DNA of 64,000 bases. Source: Geosiphon pyriformis uo1 (lineage: Eukaryota; Fungi; Glomeromycota). Positions 49,001 through 64,000 of the stretch are shown here, one piece after another (position 1 is the first letter of the stretch; each line of letters begins with the position of its first letter). Below the pieces are notes generated by a model. It was not told the DNA's origin and ran no database searches. It saw nothing but the letters and a program-made list of their open reading frames with translations. A program made the translations under genes and the position numbers. Where the stretch lies: NCBI GenBank assembly GCA_016748015.1, contig JAAOMT010000790.1, forward strand, positions 147,610 to 211,609, read 5' to 3'.

Positions 49001-52000
49001 ACAGTCAAGAAAAGCTATATATTTAGGTTCATTCAGGATGGTTAGATTGTTTTATGCGAATGATTTTACCTGAGATTCACTGTGCATCGCCCAAGTCATA
49101 TCACGATAACTCAAGCCTGGTGCACGTAAGGTGCTAGCTATTACTGAGCGATTTAGATAATGATAGCGGCGCATGAAAATCACATAGCGAACCCCATTTT
49201 GATCCAAACTTCTTTTTTGACCCTCTACCTAGATATCAAAAATGAGATAATGAATATAAATTTACAATAAATTTTAGGCTAAATAAATAAAGTCTACCTG
49301 AATAATGGTATGAACCAAAGCCAACAATTGGGCTTGTTCAATACTAGAAAGATCAGGTAGCGAGACGCGTGTCAGCTGTTCACTCAGAAATTCGGCCATC
49401 TTGTGGTTGAAATCAAAAATTTCTTCCTGTGTAGGTCTAAATCCAGGGTAAGAGAATAAGCGATACATGCATGAAACAAGAAATTTAATGTTTTAGAACT
49501 ACCTTCATGAATATAAATATGAGAATGTTAATTACCCATCGTCTTCGCTTTCAGAATCGAAAAGAATACGGTATCGTGTATGTTTAGGTGATGATGTAAT
49601 GGATTGCTTTAGGCGCAAAAGAGTCTTTAGGAAAACAGAACAACTTCAAAATCATAAATAAAAGTAAAAAAAAAATGCCTCGAGTTCGTTGAATAATTTG
49701 TCAAATGGCACCGGAGGGATGCGTGTAATAGGTTTTTCCGCATCTTTCAGAAGTTTAAGATAATTGTAGAGGTAAACCAAGATCAACTTTACAAGGTCCA
49801 TTTTTCCTAAAGGACATTTTTGATATATAAATGATGGATTATAAAGAATATTAGGCCATAGAAAATCAGATCTTATATACCCCATAACAGATATTGAAGG
49901 AGAAGAGTTGGATGATGATGCGGAAACGGTCCATTTAGATGGTCGATCACATGAAAAAGGGTAGGGAGTTTTTTATTGAACCCCGTTATCCGTGAAACTA
50001 GTTTCAAATAATGTCAAAGTTAAACCAATTCTACCTATTAAATAAATCATTCTCTTCTGGTGGATTTAAGGAATAGCGCACCTTGCTGAAAACTTTTTTC
50101 ACTCATCCATTTATTGTAACAACGTAATTGGTTACCATTGGTAAAAATCAGGGTGCCACCCGAGCCCCAAGATAAAGCAGAAACTGAATCAGGCAAAAAT
50201 CTATGATGATTAAATTATAAAATCCAAGTTAGTAAGATATTTCTTGTTTTTACGAATTTGGAAGCCTACAAGCGAGCAATTATTGGTTATAGTAAGAAGT
50301 GTTATTTACGTCACAATGCTTGTGAATTATAACATACTTTGGTATATCAACCTCGAATAGCATTATTCCTAATGATAACACTGATACGTCGACCTTACGT
50401 AATTGCGCATGAATTGTAATATTTTGTGCTGTGGCGATAGCTACCACAAGTTCGGCATTGCAGGTGAATAACCAATCTACGTCAACAATGGGCTCACTAA
50501 TAACGAGTTAAAAGAAAAAATATTAAGATCTCAATCATAGGATTTTCAAATATGTATTTGTGGATTTATTAATTTTGTTTTACCGCGATTCTAAAGCATA
50601 TTCTTTGGTAGCAGGCAGGCGTGGCGTAATGGATTCCCAAATAGACACTTCTCTTCTTGATTCTTTTACTAAGAGAAAACAAAGGCAAGTTAAAAACCAA
50701 ATAAAAATTGATTAAAATAAATAGCCCTTATTACCTAGAGCCACTCGATCATTTGGACCACATTTTATTAAAGCGCATCTTTTACTCCCTATATCAATTT
50801 GAAGGCTAGGGGACCAAATGTCCTCTATAATATCCTGGTCAAAGACAGCTCTTATCTCGGATCTCCAATAAGTTACAAAGCCATCATCAGTTAAAGTCAA
50901 AAGAACAGGGGTGTTAGAGTCACGGGGGTTCTTATGGCATCTAGAATGGGCTCCGGCCCATTGATTAGCAGATACAGCCATGACGATATTTGATGAGACA
51001 GGAAGAGATTCACGAGATATAAAATGAACTATTGGAAATTGATTATCTAAAATTTATTGCCAAATAGTCAAACACATAAACTATCAAAAAAGTTATAACT
51101 TTCAAATTCAGAATCTGAAAAGCACCTGACTCATTTTGATCAATCTTCCAACAGAAAACGGTATTTTCATTTAAACTAATCCCCGCAACAAAAGAAACTG
51201 TGTTGCTTGCTTGATTGGTTTGATGTTGAGGAAAAGCGAATAGCAAACAAAGTTCATAATTCGGATCATAGCCCTCCAATTGAGCGATTTGATAGGAATG
51301 GGTATCCTGACGGCCGCAAAGAAAAAGAATAATTTGTGGTCCATAATAGGCTGCTAAATATCTTCCTATATTGATAATAATGATGTGGGACTTATTTAAT
51401 TCCTAAATTACAGACGTTTTCGATAAAAAATAGTACTTGAAAATACCTCCAGGCAATAAACAGGCCAGTTTGATCCCTGAATCAAGCCAGACGGGTGACT
51501 GCTCGCTCATCCCATGGCTCATCCGTGTGCCATACTATTGAATTGAATAAGAACGAAATTATCATTGAATGAAACAATAAAATTCTGGATGGGAAGTACA
51601 CACCTGAGGATTTTCCACTGACCAGACAACCACTTCGCCTATGTTCGATATAGAAGCTAAATGATTGGTCGCAGGTGCTTTGTTCAATCTTTCAATATTA
51701 CTGTGATGTCCAGTCCAGGAATGTTTTAAATATAATCGCGTGGTCAATCGAGTGTTATCAAAGAAGTCTGCGAGACTTATGGAATAACAATTAATACGCC
51801 CATGAGGATTCTGAGCAACTATGGAAAGCTCAGCGGGCATTATTAACGCTAAATTGAATTGAGTACAAAAATTTAGGCTCAAGTAGATGCGAAATATAAT
51901 ACGATAGATGTATAAATGATACAGAAACCTACAACGAGATTTTACTCCAAGATGGTCATGAAACACTAAAGTACTTCCAGAGAAATAAGTTACATCCGAA

Positions 52001-53913
52001 GGTAAAAGTGCCTGAGCCATACGCAGCAGTACAAGTACCCGAGGAACTCGACGTGGCCGACTATTCAGATGCTAAAAGATAGAAAGCATTAGTTGTTAAA
52101 ATTTTAACAAAAAAATACGTGGATCGAACCTGAGTATTCTAAATAAAGAAGCAGCTAGCACAATAACCTGTATAGCCCAGATAATCATGGATCCGTCTCG
52201 TTGTACTTGATAGAGTAAGTCAGATTTATCAGCAGCCAAATTCTTCAACCTTACTATCTGTCGGCTTGCATGACTTTTATCTGCTTGACCATCTACTAAC
52301 GCATTATATGCGAGATTAACAGCTTGTATAAATTCTATAGGCTGAATCCAATGAATAGGGGTATAGGTGCACGGATCAATCTCTGGCGCATTTTCCTCGG
52401 AGATGTCTGATAACGCGACCAAAAATTGACTAGGATCAACCACAGTACATATGTAGAGTGTCTGAGGCTCCTCGGAATTTGTGGCAGCCCAGATTCGACA
52501 TATACCATCCCTGCACATCGTATAAAGGATATTTTCGTCGGCCTTACTATAAAAAAGTCGTGTAAGGTTTGAAATATTTCAAGCAATGATGAAATCATTT
52601 TTCAAGAGTGGTCCTCATACGTTTGCTGCAAAGAACTTTTTCGCCATGTGAAATCGGTGACAGCTCGTGGGTGGGAAAGATAGTAGAAGCTAAACTTTGA
52701 GTCTCCACCATCTATAGAATAAATGCCCCACCAGACTTTGATTGTTCGATCATGCTAATAACCGAGAAGATTCTCAAATCACATATCCTTTTTCTAGAAT
52801 CACGGATTAATGAGTAAATCAATATGGCAAATCCTCGAATCTTACTTCTCCTGTGGTTGCAAGTAATTTACAGTCCGGAGATAGTCTGGCCATAATCACA
52901 TTCGAGGCAGCTCTGGAGAAATTTTCGCGAATTGAATCAGCAGCGTTGGACACCTTTTGTTTTAATTTCACGCTATTGTTTCAATGGTCAAACGCACTTT
53001 TGTTCCCAAATTTTGGACCAATCCACTATATTAGAATTTTTCCTATACTTCCATAGGACGATAGTGCCGCCTCCCACCCAAAGGTATCCTGATGGATAAA
53101 ATGCAAAAATTAATCGATAATAAAAATCCATTAGACGTGGCGAGAACAATTATCTTTACTAACCATCATTCGGATTCCAAGCTGTACAAAAAATTGGAAG
53201 ATCATGTTTTAAGATATTCAACAAATTCCATCGAGTAGTCTAGCCCATATTCAAAAATAATCTGAAGTTAAATTCCATATAAAAAGACGCAGCGAGAATT
53301 TTTTGACAAAATATTTACCGTATTTTTATCATCGACTTCAGGTTCAAATATAAGAACATTGGATTCAATTGTAATGGCAATCTATCAGAAAATGGAACAT
53401 TGTCAGCAGAGGTAAAATGATCAACGTTTTTAGCACCAAAAGCATTATTTTGCCAAACTTATTGGGCCATTTTTGGATCGAACTAGTAATCTTGAGGATT
53501 GAATTCGTAAGAACGAAATCAAAAGGCCTAACATCTACATCAAGGATTTTTTTCCAATACAAACCTTCCCATCTCGTTCGGAGAGCTCTACCGATACGAT
53601 TTGATGTTCTTCTAAATTTTCCAAATTTCTCACGAATTTTTTAAGACCGATAGTTTGTACATGTTCAAAGAAACCATTATATATAACAATCTTATCCCAG
53701 GTTGCATATAACTAGATAATAAATTATAGTTTCAAGTATGAAGTTAAAAATAAAGTTTATGCTTCTTTTGCTATTCACAATTGGTTTATTGGTGAAGTGA
53801 CTTGACTAATGACCAAAGCAACTTACAATAAAACGAGTTTGGTTCCACAACCCAGAGTTCACACTTTGAGAATAAAGATTAGATTTCCCTGGGCAAGTTT
53901 GCTGCAATAGCAT
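46038..53913 (-). CDS. RAV1: RAVE complex subunit Rav1 / Rabconnectin-3 (DMXL)-like WD40 protein, many exons
   Basis: MLLQQTCPGK start; FYYLSHPRAVT; CRDGICRIW; HHPTLLLQYLLW; LDQNGVRY; DMTWAMHSESQ; ARNQY...DP..AALFYIAL.KK; RWKTAALKNAYALLGKQRY; AASFFLL. Confidence 0.88.
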
Positions 53914-54296
53914 TTTGCTAACTAAGACCAAGACAAACAGACGAAAACTACAAAAACTGAGCTAAAAAAGTAATGAAATTTTAGGCCATCAGCCACTAGC
54001 CTGATCATCAAAAGTTTTTGATTTGAATCATGGCGATGCAATTTAGAGTTGCACATTATTTACCATAACTAAAGAATTATCTAGCTAATCATATAGTTTT
54101 GTGATAATCACTTTCCAACCCATTTTCTTGTTCTGTAAAACCGCTCCCATTTACTTTAACCCATATATTCACGGGTCATCAAGATTTTGTCATATAAATG
54201 AAAATTTCAAATGATTTGAACTTTGAAGTCATGGAAAAACCTCCGGATTTGTGGATTCAACTGATAATTGAGTAAAGCCCAATTTTATATTATCCA

Positions 54297-56898
54297 TCAA
54301 TCAACCAACCATCTATTTCCTAAGGAATCACGTTCATGTCTGGGCAAATTCCAGGTCCAACATTCATCATCCTGGTGGTATGGAGTTAGTGGGACGTCTA
54401 AAAACAAAGTTACAAACTCTAGCTAACAATTTAGGTGAAAAATAAAAGTCGTCTTATAAATTTGAGGTACTCCAATACTTGCCGTAGGGTAAACGCAAAG
54501 GAACTAACAGGACGGGTTTAGAGACAGATTTGTCGTCATCCACATTTTTACCCAATTTCCGGGAAGATATAAATGCTGGCTCATTAACATCCAGGGGCAA
54601 AGTGGGAAATGGGTTTTGCACCGTAGCGTTCAGAATATGTACAGAGTCATATTGTTCATCCTTAAAAGATTATCAATTTATAAATTCCTTGCAGCAAAAA
54701 CAATAAGATTTGCCAATTCATGGCTAACCTGGAAAAGACCCGGTAATAGTAATACACCCAATTCATAACTACGAATCATTAATTGTGAATCATTTTTTTG
54801 GAGTTGGCCCCAGGCAGCTTTTGAAAGGTTACTGCTAGTAAGTAAATGCCAGCCAATGGAAGCGTTTGTTGGGCTATTGGGGGAATTTAGGTTGGAAGAT
54901 GACTCACTCGTAGGAATTCGTAACCTGGTATAAGTCTTTCAAAAAAAAGAAAAAATTCTTCATTAAAATGGAGCATTCAAAGCAACCAAAGGGAAAAATT
55001 GAAATCTCACTTTTATATGTGGCATCGCCTGATCTCTTCCAGAATCGAACCCTTTCCAACGGCATAAATATTTGTTCATCCAAGTTTTCTGTTTTAAATA
55101 ATTTTTGTGGTCAAATGGGATAGAGCCTCCAGCAGCCCAGCCTTCTAAGCTATTCAAAGTTAAGTTAAATTCTCATCTAATAATACATTTGATATTAAAT
55201 TGCGATCAACAAATACTCGCCTGTTGCGCACGTTGTTGACAGTTGGAAATACTAACTTCAATGATGTATTTGATGATTTCTCCTGATTACGACCATTAAA
55301 TAGACTTATCGCAAATTCGTTAACAAACCAATTCTCTTTCGCTCCCAAAGAACCAATGCTCGAACACTAATTCAAAAAGTATGATGAATAGGAAAGAAAT
55401 AAGATGATCCAAAATACAATTCAAGTAACCAGCTTAAATCGGAACTTTAATACTTGAGCGATAACTGTGCTCTCTTCCAAAAATTCTCGTTCAATTTTGT
55501 AATTTTCTCCCAAAACTGTTCGTAAACGCATATGGCCCCATTTATTCTTGTTGGGCCCGGAATGATAGCCAGGTATTGATCCTATTAGTATAGCCTTAAA
55601 ATAAGGATTTTTCATGGGGGATTATATTTCGGAATGGGCGTGCCAACAGCCACTCAAATAAAAAGCTTGTTCGTCTACCTTCACTTCGGAGAAATCATAC
55701 TGTGCAACTTTCTTTCGAAAATCTTTGAGAATTCCTCCGTACGCTGATAGATACTCTAATAAATCAAGCTCGAATGGGGCGGCAGGTATCACTCTTCCCA
55801 TTTTCTTCCTGGGAAGGGCGGGAGTCATATAAACACCTTGGGTTTTTTTGCTACAATGAAAGGCATCAATATGAATAAATAAATAAATAATGTATATGAA
55901 AAAAAAACGATCGAATTAAAAAACATATTTTACCCCCAATCACTTGCGATTGCGTTAGCCGTGCATATGATTACCCTTAGAGTTTGATTAGAATAGAATA
56001 ACAACATCGCCTATATAAAAAGTTATAAAATATTATTCGATGAATAAAAAAAATAATTCTTCTTGGAACTCTTTCAAGACCTTAGAATGATGGGTACCTA
56101 AATGAAAATCCATTTAATTATTCAATTTAAGCATAATAAAACATGATATATTGAATATCGCTGAAAACTCACCATATGCGATCGGCAAATTTGCAGAATG
56201 AAGCTTAACATTTGGATACTGTTCTGCCCGTTTCTGAACAGAGAAAGGAAAAGATCAAACGGTCAGATTTTCATGAAAGGGATAGATGATGAAAGAATGT
56301 CTCACTTTGATCATGTCTTTGTCTTCGCGCAAACCATGAATAATCGTGGTTGGTAAAGTGGTCTTCTGATGCGAAGCCAAACATGACATTAAAAAATCCA
56401 ATTCAACCATATAATTGAGTTGCAGCATTTCATCCAAGTCTCCCTATATTAATAAAAAGTTTGCTTTTATCATTTATAGGAATTATAAGATCGAGAAAAT
56501 AACAAATGAATGAAACTTACTGTTGATAGGAGTTCTCTCAGAGTCACACAATCAAAATTCTCTTCATCAGGTAGATCACTGACAGCGGTCAGCCTTATCC
56601 CCGAGCCCCAATATTCTATTTTGGCAGAATCTGTATAATTTCCCTTGTGCTGAGTAAATTTCGTGATATTTAAAACAAAATGCTTATTAGAGTTTTATAA
56701 TTTATTTTAAAAAGCGTCGTTCAAGAAACACTTGGATAAGGCTTGGCATTAATACACTGATAAGTAATGGGTAATAGTGTAGTGTCAGAAACGATAGCTT
56801 TGCTCTCTCAGCCGTCCTCATAAGTTGAAACTTGCCTTCTCAGAAATGGTTTCACTGGCCCCCTTTTCTTCTTTCATGTCACAGTTTACCTTTTCCAT
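54297..56898 (-). CDS. TDP1: Tyrosyl-DNA phosphodiesterase 1
   Basis: Two HxK motifs (YG|THHSK, MPHIK|TY); TANAIASDW; SIPGYH; WGHMRL; SSIGSLG; [12 protein letters not shown]; [13 protein letters not shown]; SYELGV. The start exon is less certain. Confidence 0.9.
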
Positions 56899-57259
56899 GA
56901 AAAAATTTCGTGATATGAAGTTAAAATAATAAACTGAAGCAAAGTAATCGATAGCTTTATATCGACAACTTACAACTTTTCCTGAACTGTAAGTTCGTCC
57001 ATGAGTTTTGTTAAATAAATGAAAATGAAAAGGGAATTTCAAGTGAGGAAACAAGTGCGAGAAAAAAGGAGCAAAATACCTACGGCGCATTTTGGATCTT
57101 TCGTCGTTTTGAGTTTCTTTCTTTTAATATTTCGTCTGACATAATGAATAAATTTATCGAGAACAGAAAAATATTATGATCTAAATACACTGATTATTTA
57201 GATTTTTAGATTTTTAATATTAATTGAGACTTTTTTCAAATTTTTATCATTACACATCG

Positions 57260-59279
<2,020 letters not shown>

Positions 59280-59940
59280 TGTATTTTCGAAAAATTTCGG
59301 GACAATCTACAAATAAATTTTTAAAATTTTTGGCAGTACAAGATCTTTCTTATCGGGAACTAGCCTTTATTTAATCTCACCATTTCAACATGATCATAGA
59401 TTGTTTATCGTATCGGTGAGTTGTGAAGATGGGTTGGTTGGGGTTCATGAGTATTTTTGACTTTGACAAAAGAATTTTTAATCAACAGTTTTAATAATGA
59501 AAATTTCTGAAAAATTAAAAATAATTCAATAAATAGGGTTTACAAAAAAATTTAGTTCATAAAATATTATCTTTATGTAAACAATTATATTTTTAATATA
59601 TTTTGAATATTATAAAAGTAATGAACAAAATAAAAACGAAGAGTGAAAAAGAGCGAAATTTATTTTTTGCTATTATTCTTTTAAAAATTGTAACAAATTT
59701 AAATTTCAACAAGGATAATAGTATTTGATTGTGGTCACTTATTGGCCTAGTATAAATAATTTACTTTCCCATATTTGTCTCCTTTGGCTAGCGCAGAAAA
59801 AAATCTTTTTTTATATTTTGATATGTTATAAAAAAAAAATGGAAAATGGAAAAAAATTAAAATTTTCTCTTGACTTGTGTTTGTTTCATTGGTTCAAATG
59901 GATTATGGTAAATGTCTTTACTATGAGATTATGGTAGATG

Positions 59941-60870
59941 TGTTTTATCTAATAAATATTTCGTTAAGTTATGCACTAAAGAGCCAAAATTCACAAAATA
60001 AGCTTTTAGTCAGTTACAAATTATTTAATAAAATATAGTTTAATATGTAATAATAGAAAATAATTCAAAATAATTAACAATAATACAAAATAACTAATAA
60101 TAATACTATATAGCTAAAAATAACATAATATAACATAAAATAGCATAAAATAATAAATTATAACTAACAATAATAAAATAATATAAGAAATAAAAAGCTT
60201 TTAAAAAATATTTTATAGAATTTATATATATAAGTAATTATAATTTAAAAAAAAAGTATTTAATTTAAAAATTAAAAATTAAAATTCAATTAAAATAAAA
60301 TAAAATCTAACTTTATTTTTATTTTTTATTTTTATTTTAAATAGTAAGAAATTATTTATTAAAAACTCATAAATTAAATTTTATTTTCTTATTTTTAATA
60401 ATTTACTTGATTTTTTATTTAAAACCAAATGTAATCTGTATAATATTTTTGAAATTATCACTTAAAACAATAACTCTTAATTATAATTACTAACAAAATA
60501 CCAATTTTTTTATTTTTTTAAAAATTTTAGTTAATCTAAAAATAGCCAAAAAAAGTATAAACAGTAATTTAATATTGAAACAAGTAAACTTTACTATTTT
60601 AATTTAATAATTTAATTATTATAAAAATTACTTTAATATAACAAGTAATTTATCTGTTATAATAAAATAATTTAACAACATAATAATTTGATAAAAAATA
60701 AAATACACTATAAAATTAATTTTATCAAAGATTATTGGTTTATTAAAAAGATAAAAAACAATATTAGATCTTATTAATTATAATTATAATTAAAAAATAT
60801 AAAATAAAATTAAATATTATTACTAATAACTATTATTATTATTATATTAATAGTCTAAATTTATAAGACA
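59941..60870. mobile_element. Eroded solo-LTR-like element upstream of CYP51
   Basis: TGTTTTA...TAAGACA ends. 10-bp A-rich tandem array at ~60050-60190. Homology blocks shared with 4805-5629. No TSD recognised. Confidence 0.5.
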
Positions 60871-61372
60871 TTTTAATATTTTATTTGTGCAATTTTATTT
60901 GTTGCAATAATTGGAACTCATTAATTTAAAATTATTTAATTATTAACTTATCAAGTTTTAATTAATTTTAAGTTTTAAAAAATATTATAAAACAACAATT
61001 TTCTTTACTCTTATGTAAACAAAAGTTAAAAATTAATATTCAATTCAATTCAATTCGATATTAGTTATTTAAATTATTAATTAACAAATTAAATAAACAT
61101 TAAATTTAAAAATTAAGCATTAATTAAAGAAAAAAAGTTGATAAATTTTAATTTTTCAATTGTTAATTTTGTAAAACTTAATATATATTATTAATTTTAA
61201 ATAGTTAAATATCAAGAATTTTTAAGTAAAAATACATATTTAATAAATATTATTATAACCGTTAATCAATATATTAAAATCTAAAAGTAAATTTCATCGT
61301 ACATAAATTTCAACGCATATAAGAGTTCTATATTGGGGATGACACTTAAGGTGAAAAATGCAGGAAAGGCAA

Positions 61373-62060
61373 TCACTTTGAAACTTTGCTCGGCTGGCTC
61401 ATAGATTGGCCAAAATCTTCAAGCTGAAACAAAAAGGGAAATATCTCAAATTACAAAAATAGTTTTAATATCGATTAGAGCTTGGTATGATATATTTTTA
61501 CCTTCTCAATTAGTTCATTTAAATCTTCCATCAAAAAATTTAATTCTTTTTCACTTTTAATGAATCGATCTGCATTTCGTTTAAATGCTTCGTTAGTAGT
61601 AAGAGTGGGCGATTCTCCGCCAAAAGGTCTAAACAAAAGATTAATGTTTTATTGTTGCTAATTGTATAAACCTTTCCGAGTATTTGAAATGAAGGATTAT
61701 TTTATTTACGCCTCTTTCTCTGGAGAGTTCTCCAATGCAGTATGTTGAATTGCCAAAGCAATTTGTTTTTTCCGAATTAAATCCAACTCTTTAAATATAT
61801 TATCAGAATTTCTTCCTATATTTCATTGGAAAAGTACCAAATTAAAGATTTGAATATATAAGGAGTGAAAAAAGATAACTTGAATTTTCAATACCAAACA
61901 CTCGCGTCTCGCCTTTAGCGAACATCTTATCCATCCTTTTAAATTCATTTTCCAAGGTATCTAAAACCCGTTCGTGATCAGTTGCAGACCTAGAAAGTTT
62001 TGGAAATGGAAGATTGTTTGACGAGGGGCCCGGAAATGGACCGCCAGAAGTATTTTCCAT
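61373..62060 (-). CDS. Small coiled-coil protein, CCDC28/DUF4061-like (four exons)
   Basis: Spliced product ...LENEFKRMDKMFAKGETRVF|GRNSDNIFKELDLIRKKQIALAIQH...ELNFLMEDLNELIEK|LEDF. All splice sites are canonical and stay in frame. Confidence 0.6.
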
Positions 62061-62431
62061 TGCTTAGTGTTTTAGGAGTGTGAATTTAAATATCTAGTAA
62101 CTATTCTAACAATGTTTCAATAGTCTATTTGATCAAATTTTTATTATGTTCATTGATGGGTCGCCTGTTCATTGAAATTTAGAATTCTGAAGTATGGGGT
62201 CTAAGTCGCAAACGGATCAAGGGTTCAAATATATTATCATCTGAGCTAGTTTAGATCATTTTGCGGAATTTGTGAATAATACATCCAAAAATAAAGTCAA
62301 TAAACCTTATTCTCTTCCAAATGAAAGGACTACCTCTATACTGCCAGATCATCCTTCTATATGCGACCGATGCCCATCCATTAAACTTTATAGCCACCAA
62401 AATATTTTTCGGGACATCACAACTGTTAATA

Positions 62432-64000
62432 CTAACGTCTATAGTAATGACGTTTGAAATGGAAATGTAACTGAAGAACCCCTCGATCGAAGCTCGATTT
62501 AAAACCCTTTTTATGAGAATATTCCCACTCGCGGTTAACGATACGGAAAGCAATATCCTAAATTTTGTATTTCATTAAAAATTTATATCAGAACCAAAGA
62601 AAATTCAGTAAATTAAATACCTCATATGGGGGGCCAGCCACAAATCGAATAAGTACGGTATCATGATTTCCCGGTTCTCGCTCAATTTTATAAGTGGGAG
62701 CCTTCGTTTTATCGATGAGATCAGGGAAAAAAATATTGAACTTATATCCTTGAACCACTTTAGGAGGAGGATTGTCACTATCATAATGGGTTTGGTTATA
62801 TTTGTTCCATTCATATCCAGTGTGAACACGATTGAAGTATCGTGGCTTTCTCGGACGATATTTATCTTGCCAAAGATAGGTCTTTAAAAAAGAGAAGTTT
62901 AAAAAAGGTTTGATTCAAGTATATACAAAATAAAAATAGTTTGAATCCTAATGCATACCGTTTTGGCTAATTCCTCTTCAATATTAAATATTGCTTCATC
63001 TTCGTCCAGATCTTTGGCTGCTTCACGTTCATACAGAACTTTGGATACCTATTACCAAATATTGAAAAATCATTCGTTATTCCATTCTAAATTTGTAGAC
63101 CTATTAAACTATTTCGGGTAATCTACATACCAAAGACTCCTCTAGTTCTTCTTCTGCGGCAGATCTTTTGTTCTGGACTTTCATAGGGATGAATTGATTT
63201 CGCAATACTTCTCTTCGTTTTTGTTTCTATGGGAAAATAAAGCAAGAGAGATTTGAGCGATGCATTATGTAATTTACTTAAGGATAATATCCCAAATAAT
63301 AGCTTTTATAGTGATGAATGATTGGAAATAGGAAAAATTGATAGTGCGTTATCAGTGAATAAAATTGAAAATAGATCAGGCCTCGATAAACCATTTCTCA
63401 AGAAATTAAAGCATACCAAGTGCAAAAGATCATCGTCTGGATTGCGAATATCCAGCATTTTGTCTTCACGAGAAAGATTAGATAAAAGTTCAGGGCTCAT
63501 AGATCGGTCATATTCCTCAATCAACATGTCCGAATCTTCCTCCATCTCTTCTTCGACTCCTAATGTCGTATCTGTTTTCTCCGCAAGCATTTGAGCAGTT
63601 TGAGATGATAGCGCGGTTTCCAATTCTTCTTGAACTTTAATGGCTTCCTGTCGCTGCTTTCGTCGCAGTTGTTCGAGCCGCTTACACAATACGATTTCAT
63701 GCATAGCTTTCAATTTTGCCTTTTTTTTGTAATTGATCAAAATAATTGAGTGATTATGAGCAAAATATAAAGAACCTAAAACGTTCCAAACGAAATACCT
63801 TTGCTTTCCAAACAGTAGATAGTTTCAGCTGAAGTTCCCAATATTCCACATCAACAGCTTCACCACCAGTTAGTTTTTCTTGAATTCGGGTTTGAAGATC
63901 CCTCAATTGGTTGTAGGTTTTCCCGGCAAATATTCTATCAAGGTCACTTTTGATAGAAGCGATAACATTTCCTGAAGCACTGGCCTCTTCTTCAGAGCGG
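62432..64000 (-). CDS. CACTIN: Cactin (spliceosomal factor), 3' part; 5' end lies outside the window
   Basis: DVEYWE.LLK; KAKLKAMH; KPRYFNRVHTGYEWNKYNQTHYD.DNPPPKVVQGYKFNIF; AGPPYE|DIAFRIVNREWEYS; FKRHYYRR*. Confidence 0.92.

Noticed and set aside
59400-59420. Sterol-regulatory element upstream of CYP51 (ATCGTATCGG)
   Set aside because: Only a partial match to Upc2/SREBP motifs; not distinguishable from chance.

Overview
Eukaryotic (fungal) genomic DNA with two sharply separated compartments. (1) About 1-29.6 kb is a transposon graveyard. It holds at least seven copies or fragments of one non-LTR retrotransposon superfamily: ORF1 with an RRM-like region and a CCHC knuckle; ORF2 with APE endonuclease, RT (FVDD), RNase H and a C-terminal Zn finger; poly(A) tails and TSDs. 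All copies are disabled by massive C>T/G>A transition mutagenesis, and the oldest are eroded to almost pure A/T. Two full-length LINEs (A and B) have been cut at nearly the same ORF1 position and rejoined by an ~11-kb inversion (10605-21579) through a 6-bp inverted microhomology. The best evidence is LINE B's 23-bp TSD, whose two copies now lie on opposite strands. A 744-bp duplication across the N-gap (27497-27516) is probably a scaffolding artefact. A CpG-intact MITE marks the compartment border. (2) About 30-64 kb is a dense, CpG-retaining block of intron-rich genes: NSA1/WDR74, mL49/IMG2, ERG27, a JID1-like J-protein, an MLKL-like kinase pseudogene, DUF167, a Swc3-like/GATA fusion, a Cyc2-like b5 reductase, RAV1, TDP1, CYP51/ERG11, a CCDC28-like gene and partial cactin. 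Gene style and TE type suggest Glomeromycotina/Mucoromycota (Geosiphon-like); this is inference and was not verified. The strongest novelty candidates are a context-promiscuous RIP-like hypermutation system outside Dikarya, and the LINE-LINE inversion, which builds a potential hairpin-RNA (Mu-killer-like) locus. Exon boundaries and family calls were read by eye without databases.
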